Below are positions 17,541 to 30,989 of a DNA stretch of 64,000 nt, piece by piece (the first letter of the stretch is position 1; the number at the start of each line of letters is the position of its first letter). The DNA comes from the human T2T-CHM13v2.0 reference genome, Homo sapiens. The notes below the pieces were generated by a model. The model saw only the letters and a program-made list of their open reading frames with translations. It did not search any database and was not told where the DNA came from. Location of the stretch: assembly GCF_009914755.1 (NCBI RefSeq), contig NC_060933.1; one strand, 5' to 3'. Position numbers and translations under genes: made by a program.

Positions 17541-20019
17541 AATGGCAAATAATGTAAGTGGGGGAAAAAAGGAATTTGGGCAAATTGTAGTCACACAATG
17601 TAATGTGACTGAAACAGCACACGTCTCCTCCCAAGAATGCTCTCTGAACCCAGTGAATTTCCACTGCTGGGGGAGAAGAAGGGATGGCAGGCTAGATTAG
17701 GATAATTGTTTTTCTTGGAAACTAAAGAATCAAAGTTTGCCTCGGGCACCTCTATTACCGCAACTTCAGTCCAATCCCCAAATCCCACTGATACAATGAA
17801 TGAAACTTAAAAGCTGCAAAGAAGAGAAGGAAGAATTGAGGAGAGAAGCCAAAAGCCTTTAGGCTTCAGTTTGATCCTCCCCTGCCATCTCCCCGCCCTG
17901 TCTTTACCCCAAGCTTCTGCAAGCTTCCTCTTTCTTTGGGGGAAAATAGTCTTTCTCCCTTCAGTTTGCTGTAGCAACATTTTCTTTTTTCTTTTCTTTT
18001 CATTTTTCTTTTAAGTGCAGGGGAAACATAAGCATGCTAAGTACTAAGAGGGAGACTCCAGAGGAACAAGAGGGCAGGGCCCTTGGTCTTGGATTACAAA
18101 TGAAAAGGATGCAGGTCTCTCTCAAGTCCCTTACCACATCAGTGCAACTGCCTGTTTCCCTGTATGTGGTTTCACCAGGCAGAGAGGAATCATAGGCTCA
18201 ATATTAAGATCATAAAGCAGTCAGCTTTGGAAGTAAGCCAAGTCCTACCAATAACTTTAGATTTAATCTGTTAGAACCTCAGTTTCAACATCAGTAAAAT
18301 AGGATAAGATGCATAAAATACATGCCCAAGAAATCATTCCTTCTCCACGTCCTTCCCCTTTTCATCTTCACTTTCTTTTACCTCTCCTTTACATTTCCTG
18401 CATCTTTCTTCTTGTTATTTTTCTTGTCATTTTAAATTATCATTCTTTTATTCCTCTTTCATTCTCTATCTCTGTTGCTCAAAGTCAGGAGCCATGTTTC
18501 TTTACTGCTCTCTGCTTCCCCTAAGACCTTGTATGTAGGGGCTCAATGTATATTTATATGATAAGGAAAAAAGAACTCTTAACAATCCTTTATTTGTATA
18601 TTAAAAAGCACCATCATATCTTGTATTCTTACTAATGGGTACTAACTAGTATAATGCAAATACTTCTCAGTAAATAATTAAAGAAGCATTAAAAATCCTA
18701 GAACGTTAGTACCAGAAAACCCACTGAGTGCCTTTAGCTCTGAATTTACAGAAAAGACAATGAAGGCTAAGAGAGGAATAGGGATTGATCCACAGTTGTC
18801 TTGGAGGCAGGGACAGAGTGACCTATCTTGCTCCTCATCCATATCTCTATTTCTACAGCACTGCACCACCCTCTATGCAGGCAGGTCACTTGACTAATCC
18901 ATTCATTCAATGAAAAATGTGTAATAGCATTTACAATGCGTCAGGTATGTATGGTGCTAGACATCACACATGACTAGTTTGTTGGTTTTAAATTTTGATG
19001 TTGTTTGGTTTCCTTTACTTTTTCTGTTATTTGCTTGCTTGGCTGTTATTGTTGAATAAGAAAAGAGAGTAAATAGGTTTTATAAAATGTAGCTAACTGT
19101 AACATATGCTTTTTTGTCACTTTTTTCTTATTTTGTTTTATTTGTAAAAATACACCAGATTTATATCCTCACAGAACAAACTTACAGCCTAACAGGGGAG
19201 ACTGAATTAAAACACACACACACACCACTCTACTTGGTATGTTGATGGGTGGCCCCATCAACATACATAAATAGATATTCAGTTTTAAATTATAATATGT
19301 AATTTGAAGGAAAACTGTAGTATGCTATGAGGGAGGGGAAAAAAGTGAACACTATTGAACTGGGGTATTGAGGAATGCATCTTTAAGGAAATTCCTTTCA
19401 AGAGGAAGCCTAAGGATTAAAGAATATACTTATGAGTAAATTCTGCTAGTTCTCCATCCCATTTCTTATGTGGTTGGCCCACCTACAATAGCCTCCCTTA
19501 CCTCCTTACTTCATCAAAGACGTACACATTCTTCAAGGCACAGGACAAGTGCCATTGATTCTGCAAGTCCTTATCTACCCTAGCCCTGCCCTTTCTAAAA
19601 AAAAAAAAAAAAAGATTAAAGTTTCCCTATAAGAATAAATTTTAGTCATTTCCATTCGTAGTCAGCAAACACTTTCTTAAAGACAGTTGACTCCATTTAT
19701 GATGACAAATCCACCAGTCTTCTCTATATTTAGGTGAGATCGTTCTATGTTTACCTGGCTAACATTTTCTGAGATGTATTGGATTGGTATGAGTTAAGGC
19801 CTGGTCTGAAAAGTTCCATAAACTACCTACTACCTCGTTGCATCAGATGTATATGCCACTAGTTATTATATATTAGAACAATAATATTTGCTAAAGCCAT
19901 GTGAAATCTTAAGAGATTAAAAGTTACAGAATGAAAAGAAAAGAAGGATGAATTTAAAGATGGAAAGAATGAATTTGGATTCTACTTCCATTTCTTAATG
20001 AATATTAATAACAATAGTA

Positions 20020-20265
20020 ATAACAGCAACAAAAACAAGAATAAGCTCCAGGCTTTATGGAGCTCTTAATATCTTCTAGGCATTGTGCTAGGAACTTTGT
20101 GTACATTACCACATTTATTTCTTACAGAAATCCTATTACGTAGAAATCATTAGTTTTACAGGTGAGGAAACAGAGGCTTGAGGTACATAATTTTCCCAAG
20201 GTAATACACTTCATTAGTAATGAATGCAAGGTTCAAGCTAGGTGGTTTAATTCCAGAGCTCACAC
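20020..20265 (-). mobile_element. MIR
   Basis: ggcattgtgctaggaactttg...ttttacaggtgaggaaacagaggctt...cccaaggt. Confidence 0.75.
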
Positions 20266-21518
20266 TACATACTCACCTGCAAGTGCAGAGTAATCATAAT
20301 AACTCATTTAGCCAGGTTGCATTAATTTTTATATTCTAAAATAATTAGTGGGGATGGCATAATCAATGACTTCTAAAGTACCTCTCTTTTAAAAAGGGTA
20401 TTATTTCACTGCCAGGGAAGATGAAGAAAGGCTTCTTGGAAGAGGTGTGTGAAGACCTGGAGTTAGAGAAATTCTCAATCTCCTTTACTCCTTTCACTGC
20501 ATCTCAAACTCCCATCCTGAAATTCTTTGATTGTTTATAGAAGATATTCCCAAAGGGGCAGCTCCATACTCTGCCTTGCAGATTGCAAAGAGAGATAAAT
20601 AACACATTCCTCATTCTCTTACTCGCAGGGGAAATTGGGGGCTGTGTTTACATCGCTTCCTTGGTATTTATCCTCCTGCTGGCTGTTCCATCCCCTCTAT
20701 TTCATGTTGTTATTTTACTTCCATTAGGGGAGTAGAAAAAATATTAGAAACCATTCTGATCCACCCCAATCCTCAGAGGGCACTGCTCGGTCAAAGTCAG
20801 CCTCCTCTCCCTTGTAATTTTCCCTACAAACATCTCATTCAAGAGGCATTTTCCTTCCTCTGAATACTAATGTCCTGATGGTGATTGAAATAAATAAATA
20901 TTTCACACACATACATAGACACACATCAAAACAAAACAGAAGGAAAAAGAGAGAAAGAAAATATTGCTTGATTTTGCTTGAAAATCTTGCATGCTTGATT
21001 CATTTCATGTTTATATCCTTCTGGATTTCCTTCCTGGGCTCCTGGGAATTGCCTAGTCAGCAGTTAGGAAGGACTACTGGGTTACTACTGTTTTAAATGT
21101 GGCATGCCTGTCGTCTGTGGCTTTTCCTCTTTAGGAGAGAGCTAGGCTTTATTAAGAAACCTTCTAAACATGTGATTCTTCATTCTTTATCCACCAAAAA
21201 CAAACAAACAAAAAACAAAACAAACAAACAAAAAAACAACCTGTGGTTGGTCAAACAAATTTTGAACACCCGAGTCCTTATGGGGTTAAAGTTTCTTTAC
21301 CCTGGCTTTTCAATGAAGGAAAAATATATACTGAATATCTAGTCATATGCCAAAGCATGCTCCCTATGTTTTTCCATTTAATCTTAAAAAAAGAAAGACA
21401 CTGACAATAATAAGTGTCCTAATTTCATAAATGAAGAAACTGAGAGTGAGCATAAATGTAATTTAAATTGGAGATTCTAAGGAATCTTCGTAGCACATTA
21501 TTATAGATTTACTTCCGT

Positions 21519-21570
21519 ATTGCTTCTCAGTCTTTTGGCTAAGATCAAGTGTAGAATCTGTTCTTATCAG
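21519..21570 (+). pseudogene. U2 snRNA retropseudogene (nt 1-52 only, tailless) with TSD
   Basis: ATTGCTTCTCAGTCTTTTGGCTAAGATCAAGTGTAGAATCTGTTCTTATCAG matches the U2 5' end at 48/52. Flanked by agatttacttcc(g/c)t at 21505-21518 and 21569-21582. Confidence 0.93.
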
Positions 21571-21992
21571 ATTTACTTCCCTATGAAAATCTTTAAGAGG
21601 CAATGTGGTGCAACTCACTTCACTAGATTTTAGAATAGTAGACTTAAGTCTTTTACCAACTGCCTGACCTTGAGAAAAAAATATGAACCTCTCTGAATCT
21701 TACTTTCCTCCCCTTTGTAGAGGTGCAAAATTTGAATACAGAAATGGGAGACAGTACTTACTAATTCTGCATCTTAGGTCAGCTTTCTCCAAAGTAGTGT
21801 CTGAAATGATATATCACGCACATGGTATTTATTAAGAACATGCTGTCAGGAAAGATCAATAAGGTAAAAGTGGGAGGGATGGAACAAAACCAAGCAAGGG
21901 CATGATTTTGGGTGAACCCTCACTATCAGCCTGATGCTGAGGAAACTCTAGAGCATGTTGTTCCTCAGAGTATGTCCTAACTCAAGGCAAGG

Positions 21993-23727
21993 TTGTATAA
22001 TAATCAAAGTGGGGCTATTTAGCATTATCCCAAATATTTATAATTTTTTGTTATAAGAAATTTCAAAATTCCCTCCTCCAGCTATTTTGAGATATAGAAT
22101 ACAACACTGTTAACCATAGTCACCCTACTGGGCAATAGAAGACCGGAACTTATTCCTCTTATTTAACCATAACTTTGTATTCATTAACTAATCTCTCCCC
22201 ATCCCACTCGCCTCTTCACTCTCCAGCCTCTGGTGACCACAGTTCTTTCTATTTCTATAAGATCAATGTTTTTAGATTCCATATGTGCGTGAGATCATGT
22301 GGTTTTTGTCTTTTTGTGCTTTTGTGCCTGGTTTATTTCACCTACCATAATATCCTCCAACTTCACTCATGTTGCCATAAATGACAGGATTTCATTCTTT
22401 TTAACATCTGAATAGTATTCCATTGTGTATATCCACACATTTTCTTTATACATTTTATACATTCATCTGTTGATGGATACTTAGGTTGATTCTATGTCTC
22501 GGGTATTGCTATAATAAACATGGGAGTGCAGATATCTCTTCAACATACTTATTTCATTTCCTTTGGATGTGTAATATCCAGTTGTGCAATTGTTGGATCA
22601 TATGGTAACTTAGTTTTTAATTTTGTGGAAACTTTTCATACTGTTTTCCATAATGATTCTACAAACGTACAACCTCACCAACAGTGCATGAGTTTCTCTT
22701 TTTTAGCCATGCATGGTGGTGTGTGCCTGCAGTCTCAGCTACTCAGGAGGTTAATGAAGGAGGATCCCCTTGAACCTAAGAGTTCTAGGTTGCAGTTAGC
22801 CATGATCAGGCCACTGTACTCCAGCCTGGGCAACAGAGCAAGATTCTATCTCTAAAAGTAAAAATAATAATAATATATTTTTTAAAAAGTTGCCCTCTCT
22901 CTACATCCACACCAGCATTTGTGGATTTGTTTTGTTTTGTTTTGATAATAGGCATTCTCGAAATGGGGTGAAGTGATATCTCATTGTGGTTTTGGTTTGC
23001 ATTTCCTTGATGATTAGTGATATCACACATGTTTTCATATAGCTGTTAGCCATCTGTATGTCTTCTTTTGAGAAATGTCTATTCAAGTATTTTGTCCATT
23101 TTTAGATTTGGTTATTTTTTTTTTTTTGCTATTGAGTTGTTTGAGTTTCTTATATATTCTCGATATTAGTCCTTTGTCAGATAGATGGTGGGCAAATTTT
23201 TCTATCATTATATAAGTTGCCTCTTTCGTCTGCTGATTGTTTGCTGTGCAGAAGCTTTTTAGCTTGATGTAATTCCATTTGTCTATTTTTGCTTTTGTTT
23301 GTTTGTGCTTTCAAGTTCTTATTCAAAAAAATTTTTGCTGAAGCCAATGTCATGAAATGTTTCCCCTATGTTTTTTCTGGTAGTTTTATCATTTTGGGTC
23401 TTACATTCAAGTCTTTAACCCATTTTGAGTTGATTTTTGTATTTGGTGAGAGATAGGGGTCTAGTTTTCATTTTTCTGCATATGAAGAAAACTGGATATC
23501 CAGTTTTGCCAGCATTATTTATTGAAGAGACTCTGTTCTTGACATCTTTGTTGAAAATCAATTTGCTGTCAGTGCGTGGATTTATTTCTGTGTTCTGTAT
23601 TCTGTTTCACTGTTCTGTTTTTAAGGCCAGTACCACACCATTTTGGTTACTATAGCTTTGTAGTATACTGAAAGTTAGGTAGTGTGATGTTTCCAGCTTT
23701 GCTATTTTTGCTCAGAATTGCTTTGGT
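21993..23727 (-). mobile_element. L1MA-type LINE-1 3' portion (ORF2 end plus 3'UTR)
   Basis: Minus-strand [17 protein letters not shown]...[11 protein letters not shown]; 3'UTR ttaaccatagtcaccctactg. Confidence 0.88.
22705..22876 (+). mobile_element. Alu monomer (FRAM / AluJ right arm) inserted in the L1MA
   Basis: gcctgcagtctcagctactcaggagg...ggatcccttgaacc...ctccagcctgggcaacagagc plus A-rich tail; no left arm. Confidence 0.85.
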
Positions 23728-24024
23728 GAATTGTATATTTAAAACAAGTAAACTTTATGGCATGTTAATTATATCTCAGTAAAATTTTTACAAATTGCTA
23801 GTGAAATATCTGGAATGTCTAATACAGGCAAATTATAATCTTCTCCGGATGATCATGTCTTCATCTCAGGTCTCACTGGGTTCTTCTAGATAAAACCTCA
23901 CTGAAGATGAGCTCACAATTTTTAGTTACAAAGCACACAACAAAATAATTCAACATGAGTAACAGCAGAAATACTAAACAGAAGGGTTAAGTCCCCCAAT
24001 TTTTATTCTGTCTTTATCAGTTAC

Positions 24025-24190
24025 TTAACATCTCTGAGCCAGTTTTGTCCTCTGTATCAATGGGGACAATAATAGTACCTAGCCTATAGGGTTTATTGTA
24101 AAGATTCAATGAACAACAGTGATTTAAGCATTAAAAATGGTGCTTGAAACAGAGAAATGCATGCTGTATAAATACTAAGTATAATTAGCT
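24025..24190 (+). mobile_element. MIR
   Basis: ttacttaacatctctgagccagttttgtcctctgtatcaatggggacaataatagtacct. Confidence 0.7.
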
Positions 24191-24229
24191 GTCAACAACA
24201 AAAAAGGAAAAATAAAAGCAGCTGAATTG

Positions 24230-24680
24230 AAAAACTGGAAACTGATATATAAACATATAAAAATAATTCACAGGTGAAACAACCACAGTCAATACACGTC
24301 AATGGGTGTTTGACTTCACACGGGAACCAATACATGTGCCTTACATTTTACAAGATGTGTTATTTTTATCCTATTAAATTGGCATAGATTGAAATATTTT
24401 TTTGTGTATTACCCAGAGGTTGGCATAAAAGTATAAGAATGGGCTTTGCAACAAACACTTGGAGAAAATGTAAATTGGAACAAACCCTTCTAATGTGTAT
24501 TTATTTAGGCAAGTTTATGAAAAACTATTTTATATTATGAAATATTTCATTATATATTTTAAGAGCCAAGGGCAAGTGAAATTAGCTTATTTTAATGGAA
24601 AATTATACAGAACACATAAGAGATATTCTCATAAAAAGGAGATAACACAGCATACCATAGACTAGGGTATGATCTCCAAG
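24230..24680 (+). mobile_element. Very old L1M (L1ME-like) fragments
   Basis: atcctattaaattggca...aatgtaaattggaacaaacccttc resembles the 3' region of L1 ORF2. Confidence 0.45.
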
Positions 24681-25010
24681 GCTCCAAGCTGCACACAGGG
24701 ACAGGTTGCTGTGAACAATATGGTTGCTCAGAAATGCAAGTTTGAGTTTATTCCACCTTTAATTGAAGCTGTAGATCTTTGAGTGTTCTGGCTTAATGCA
24801 GAAGTATAAATCTCAGCCCTCACCCTGAGCATGCACAGATTCTCCTCTCCTGACTCCACTGGAGCTTGAACCCCAATTTTTCCAGCATGAAGACCCCAAA
24901 CAACAGCCCCCAACATTTTCCCCCACCTTGACCCTGCCCTCCTAGGGCAGCTGCAGCATCCACTTTTTTGCTCATTATCTAGATCTCAGTTCCTTTTATC
25001 ACTTTTGCTG

Positions 25011-25277
25011 CATGAGATTTGAAAAGCATGTTGGTCATCTTAAAATCAGATGTTTGTTTTTGCCATAGAATAGGAAATTGAAAAGCTCCACTGCTACACA
25101 TCACTTAGAAACCCTAGACACAATAAGAGGTCCTATGAAACAAACAACTGAATTCACAACCCTCTTATATCTAGGGTTAGTAAGTGTTGTGTAGCAGTGA
25201 AGCTTTTCCATGCTATCCTATGGTAAAAAAACAAACATCTGATTTCAAAGTGACCAACACACTTTTCAAATCTCATG
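25011..25277. repeat. Long imperfect inverted repeat (arms ~120 bp, 30-nt spacer)
   Basis: 25011-25130 is the reverse complement of 25161-25277 at roughly 83% identity by manual alignment. Confidence 0.93.
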
Positions 25278-25850
25278 GTCCTATAACTCCAGGATAAAAA
25301 CCTAAAATTACTCATAATGAAAAGCCTATTTGAATGTATGAAAACATGAGAAAACAAAGGATTGTTGCATTTGGTCAGGCACTGGAATACTCCAGGTTTT
25401 TACCTCTTTCTAAAGCTGTCTATAGAGTCTTCCTCTGTGCTGTCTTAGGCCCCACATGCACATACCTGTATGACTTATCACATTGTTTGACATTGTCAGT
25501 TTAGAAGTCTGTTATCCCCAGATTGTGTCCTCTCTAGAAGCTAGAATGTTTTCTCCCATAACTGTGTCCCATTGCCTAGAACTATATCTGCCACAAGTGT
25601 ATATATGTTCTCTGTGCATGCTTGCTGAAAAAAATTAATGAATTTCTTTTTACAAAATTTTCTGATGGGTTGGTAGGAGAAAAGGTCATAGATGCAACCC
25701 TTTGGATCAACTGGAATAAATGATGCATTTTTTATTTCACAAATATTAATTGAACACCTAATACAACTGTAACTGCTTTTTAGGTACTAAAAGATAAGTA
25801 CACTTATTTTAATGAAATAGTTCTTTTTGTCAGAAATTTCATTTAAATGT

Positions 25851-25961
25851 CATATCAGTATATATATGTATATGTCTTCCTTATAAATAAAATTTATATT
25901 CCATATCAGTATATATATATATATCTTCCTTACAAATAATTAAAATGTAAACTCCATATTA

Positions 25962-26021
<60 letters not shown>

Positions 26022-26040
26022 CTTCCTTATAAATAATTAA
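25851..26040. repeat. Three-unit tandem repeat with an embedded (TA)n/(TG)n microsatellite
   Basis: Unit catat(c/t)agta-[dinucleotide run]-tcttcctta(t/c)aaataa occurs three times. Confidence 0.9.
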
Positions 26041-27649
26041 CATGTTTTATATATGATCTGAAGACAAACACTTCAGTGTAGTAGCAGAAACACCTGCTGG
26101 AGAAACCAGCCTGGGTTAGATATTTTCTAAATATGTGACCTTCAGCAAGTTACTTTCCTTTACCAAGTATCAATTTTCTTTCACATGCTTTGCAGAGTAG
26201 TTATGAGCATTATAAATAACATCAATAAAATACCTGGCCCATAGTAGGTGCTCAATAAATCATAGCTGTCACTATTACATCATGAGAATAATTTTCCAAT
26301 GTGAGGGTTAACTCCCTTGTTGAATCTGTTTTCCAGGTTCAGGGCCTAGACATTTGTTTTTGTTAAAATAGGGCACACTGTGACTTCCTGTTACTGGTTC
26401 TAATCCCACGAAACGCATCCGTGATGAATAATTATGCCAGTTAGGACAAGACAAGATTGAGCTCACACATTTTTTTAGAGATCAAGTAAATATAAAGCAC
26501 ACCAACTTTACTGGCATTTCCAAATCAGAGCCGGCAGTGGAAATATAGATAATGTTGATGCCTTGAAATTCCCTAAAAAACAAACTTGATATGACAAAAA
26601 GTCTATTACATTGGCTTCTGAGAAAACCTCACGATGTCCAGACAGGCCCTTAGGACATCAAGGGCTAAAGCATCTCACTGCCTCCTGTCTCTAAGCAGAT
26701 AGTGTCTCACAGGGATATTTTACTGCATTACCACATTACTCTCATCTGGTGCCAAGCATGTGCTGGAAAAGCCAACAGGAAATGAAAGCTAGCTAATTTG
26801 TAAAATTTTCTCATGACTTTTATTTCTCAATGTATGCTTTCATCGATCTCGCAGAGTTCTTGGGGCTGGAATGGAGAACAATGACTTCAGGCAATGTGTG
26901 GTCTGCCCTTGGCAGTGGCCTTTCCTTTGGCTTTTCCTGGTCAAAATGGTTCAGACTCCCTTGAGTGAGCAGCACAGCCACAGAAGAATCCCATCTCTTT
27001 TCTGCCTATTTATTTGGAGAAAGGCATGGAAAGATGTGCGGGGAGAATATCAGACTCAGAGTTCTACCACATATGAGTTTAGAAGTCTTGAGCAAATCAT
27101 TTTATATTCCCAGGCCTTCATTTGTATTTATAAAATAGGGTCAATATCTAGTTTATGGGATTGAAAATCAGAATCCTTTGATACAATATTTGCAAAAATC
27201 ATTTATAAGTGTTAAATCCCTGTACCCATGGTGGGGACTTGTTTATCTGGCCATTGCTGTCACTAGGGAGATGAAACACCCTTCATCTCTCAGGCTAATG
27301 TCATTCCTAACACTGGCTTGTCTACAGTGTAGGCAACAGGCTAGAAATAAGACTGTGAAAAGGTCTTGTATTATGTTCTTCACATATATTTATCCTCACC
27401 AAACATCTGTAAGTATCTCAACATACTGAGTATTGAAAGATATTGTGATTTATCCACAATTGTGAAAGGCTCCTGAAAACCCTACTGCATCACATTAATT
27501 CACTATCTCAATCTGTGATGCTGGTATCTATTTAATTCTGCAAATCATTACAGAGGCACAGCACCTGTATCAGGCAAGGTTCTCCACCGAAAAAGAACTT
27601 CAGTCTTTGCCCTCAAGGCTTTCAAATGATTGGAAGACATCCCCTCTAA

Positions 27650-27821
27650 ACACACACACACACACACACATCATGGAGGATAATCTGCATCACTGAAAGT
27701 CTACTGATTTAAATATTAATCACATCTAAAAAATACCAACACAGCAACATCTAGACTGGCATCAGACCAAAAAAATGGGCCCTATACTTAGCCAAATTGA
27801 CATGTAAAATTAACCATCACA
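27650..27821 (-). mobile_element. MLT2 (ERVL) LTR 5' fragment next to a (CA)n run
   Basis: tagccaaattgacatgtaaaattaaccatcaCA is the reverse complement of the MLT2 start. Confidence 0.8.
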
Positions 27822-29002
27822 GCACCAAACACTGTACAGTATTTCCAAGTGGAAAGAACTGGGTAGTGGTTTGTAAACAAGAAGGCACGGGGTGCACATG
27901 ATCGTGGTCTCCAATATCTAAATAGCAGTTGCGAAGCAGGGCTTACTTTTAGAGGTTGCTGAAGGCCCAACAAAGACTAAGAAATGCAGCTCCAGAGACA
28001 GCAAGGGCAAAATAAGAAAGAACGTTCTATCAGTTGATAGGTTCAAACTCATGTGTCAAATTCTAGCTGTATTATTTCAATGGAGGCTTCGAAATATAGC
28101 TGGGCTTTTGTGCCCAGTGAATGCTGCCCAGGGATGGTATGCTGCACAGACAGGATGGCTCAAGGTAGCACCTAAGTTCCCTCTAAAGAATGGGATTCTA
28201 AGATGTCAAAGAGATATTGTAAATCACCTACAGCAATTTTCAAATCCCACTTCCTTACTGTGTAACGTGCTTTTCTCTTAATGAGGCTGTAGAATATCTC
28301 CTTTCAAGAAGCAGGTATAAACATGCTTTTTCCTGTTGGAGACATTTGTTTTCAAAGGTGCTGATTCCTCTCTAAGACTCATTTTGGACTGATTGTTTTC
28401 TCATTATCATGTCAAAGCAAGACTGTAGAAAGTAAAAATTGGCATTATATTCTTGAATTAGTACCCTCTTTCTTTGGTATACTGAGCTTTTACTAGATAA
28501 GCTTGAAAACTGGAATTCAAATTGTTTTAATCACCCTTCAAATTATTGCACTCAACTCTACTAGAAAGAAATAAATAAGATTATTTACTCACATAGTTCA
28601 AGTTTCTCTAAATTTGATGACATGGTCCTGTTCTGTCCTTGACTCATTCTCTGATCTTAGGTAAGTTAACTTCTTCATGTCGCAGTTCCCCATCTGTAAA
28701 ATGAATATATTTGTTCTATGGAATCACTCATTTTTTAGGTTATTTCTGACTCTTTATTTTCAGTGACGCTGACTTAAGTCATCTTTAGAAACCTTACAGA
28801 ACTCTATTAAAGCATAGCATATGGAACTATTGATACATCCTTATGTTATATGAGATTTACCAATATTTTCTGCTTGTAAACAAAATCTGTTAGAATAATA
28901 AAGCTTCTCATACAAGTGTTGACCAATGCTGAATCCTGGCATCATAAAGAAATGCTGCTATTTTTCTATTATAAAAAGCACATTCAAAAAACCTGACATT
29001 TA

Positions 29003-29332
<330 letters not shown>

Positions 29333-30049
29333 TCAACTACAAGGTATTCAGAGATACAATTGTGTTTACTGGGTACTGATCTGATTGGAAAAATAATTCC
29401 CAAATAGTCTCATTCAATGGCTTTAAATGTGTTCACTCTGTTATCCCATGCTGTTCATCTTTATTTATTTATTTTTAACATGTATGTCCCTTTGTGAGGT
29501 TCATGTATTCCTATTATTTTCTAGGTTTGAAATTCTTATTTCCAGGGTAGAATTACAAAGAAGGGAGCAATTGAAAACATCTGCTCTGCTTTCAAACACT
29601 GACAGGCACCTCCATCACACTCCTTTCTGCTGCTGGACAATTAGGTACAGCTACAGGCAGAATTGTTTTTACCTTTGACTGGGGTTCTCTTCTTGGCAGC
29701 GAATTAATGAAATGCACGGAATAAAAAGCTGTTTCTCGCCCACTGAATGGATGTAACTGTCACTCGCTCTGATAAGGAACATCTATCCCACGCAAGACAG
29801 AAGTGGCAGAAATCTTACTTAGTTGACTATTCTAATGACTCTGTTTGTTTTCCTAAAGCTCAGGCTGTTTGAGGCAGTGTAAATAATGGATTTTGTCTAT
29901 GTTGCTACAGGGTGAGGAGAGGAGGGAAAGAAGAGCTGCTCCTACCATGAGTTTCTGAAGTGGATGAAGGCTGTAGATGCAGAGGAAATTATCCACATCA
30001 CTGCAGATAGTCTCGATAGCAGCGCCAATGAAGTTACTGAGAGTTGTAT

Positions 30050-30500
30050 TATTAAAAACACCTATCATTTGCTGAGCACTTACATTTAGAAGGTGCAATG
30101 AAAAGCAATTCAAACAGACTCGATCCTCATGAAGTCTTTCTGAGTTTGGTATTATTTTTCCTTCTTTTTTTCAGATGAAGAAACAGGCTGCAAGGCCAGA
30201 GCTATAATGTTAAAAAGGTGAAGACTCAGGATCCAAACTCAGGTGCAGGTGATACCAAAATCTGTGCTCCTAACTGCTACATGGTAGACAGACTTTAGAG
30301 GCAAACACACACTTAGGCTAGAAAGCAAATCTACAGCTAATGTGTCCTGAACTTTGGCCAAAATATTTCATCTCTCTCAAGGTCAATTTTCGCACACGTA
30401 AATATAGATAATCATAATTACCACAGAGTGGTTATTGGAATTAAATTCATAACACATTGAAATGCTGGTTGAAGTGCCTGATGTACAATAGGTTCTCAGA
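30050..30500. mobile_element. Two MIRs in opposite orientations
   Basis: cagatgaagaaacaggct (-), then catctctctcaaggtcaattttc...gtgcctgatgtacaataggttctca (+). Confidence 0.55.
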
Positions 30501-30989
30501 AAGTGGGTGTCAGTTCTCCTTTTTGGAGATATTCAAAGGGGACAGCTACTTGGTAGGTATTTTATTTGGCATTACTACCCCTTGTGGGAGAGAGGTGGAT
30601 AAGAAGCCTTTCTAATGTCTCCCAGCCCAGAGCGTTCATGCCATCAATCATTTGTTCAGGATAACACAAACTTGCTGTCTGCCTCCTAACTCAGAGATCT
30701 TACTTCACTCTCAAAGGTATAAGAAACAGAGAAGGTATAAATTGTTGTTCAAACTTTTCTAATAAGATCATGAAACCTCAAATCTAAAAGCTTTACATTG
30801 TCAAATGTAAAGTCCCTTCAATGTCCACTTATAAGAACAAAAAAGAAACCCTTACTCTGAAAAATTAATGCACTGTTTGAATTTTTCCTTGGGAAAGGAG
30901 AGACATAGACCTGGTAAAGGGGGAGAGGAGACGTTAGGGCACAGGGGACTCTGGTCTGGTCCTGCAGCCTCTCCTTTTGTGACTCCACC

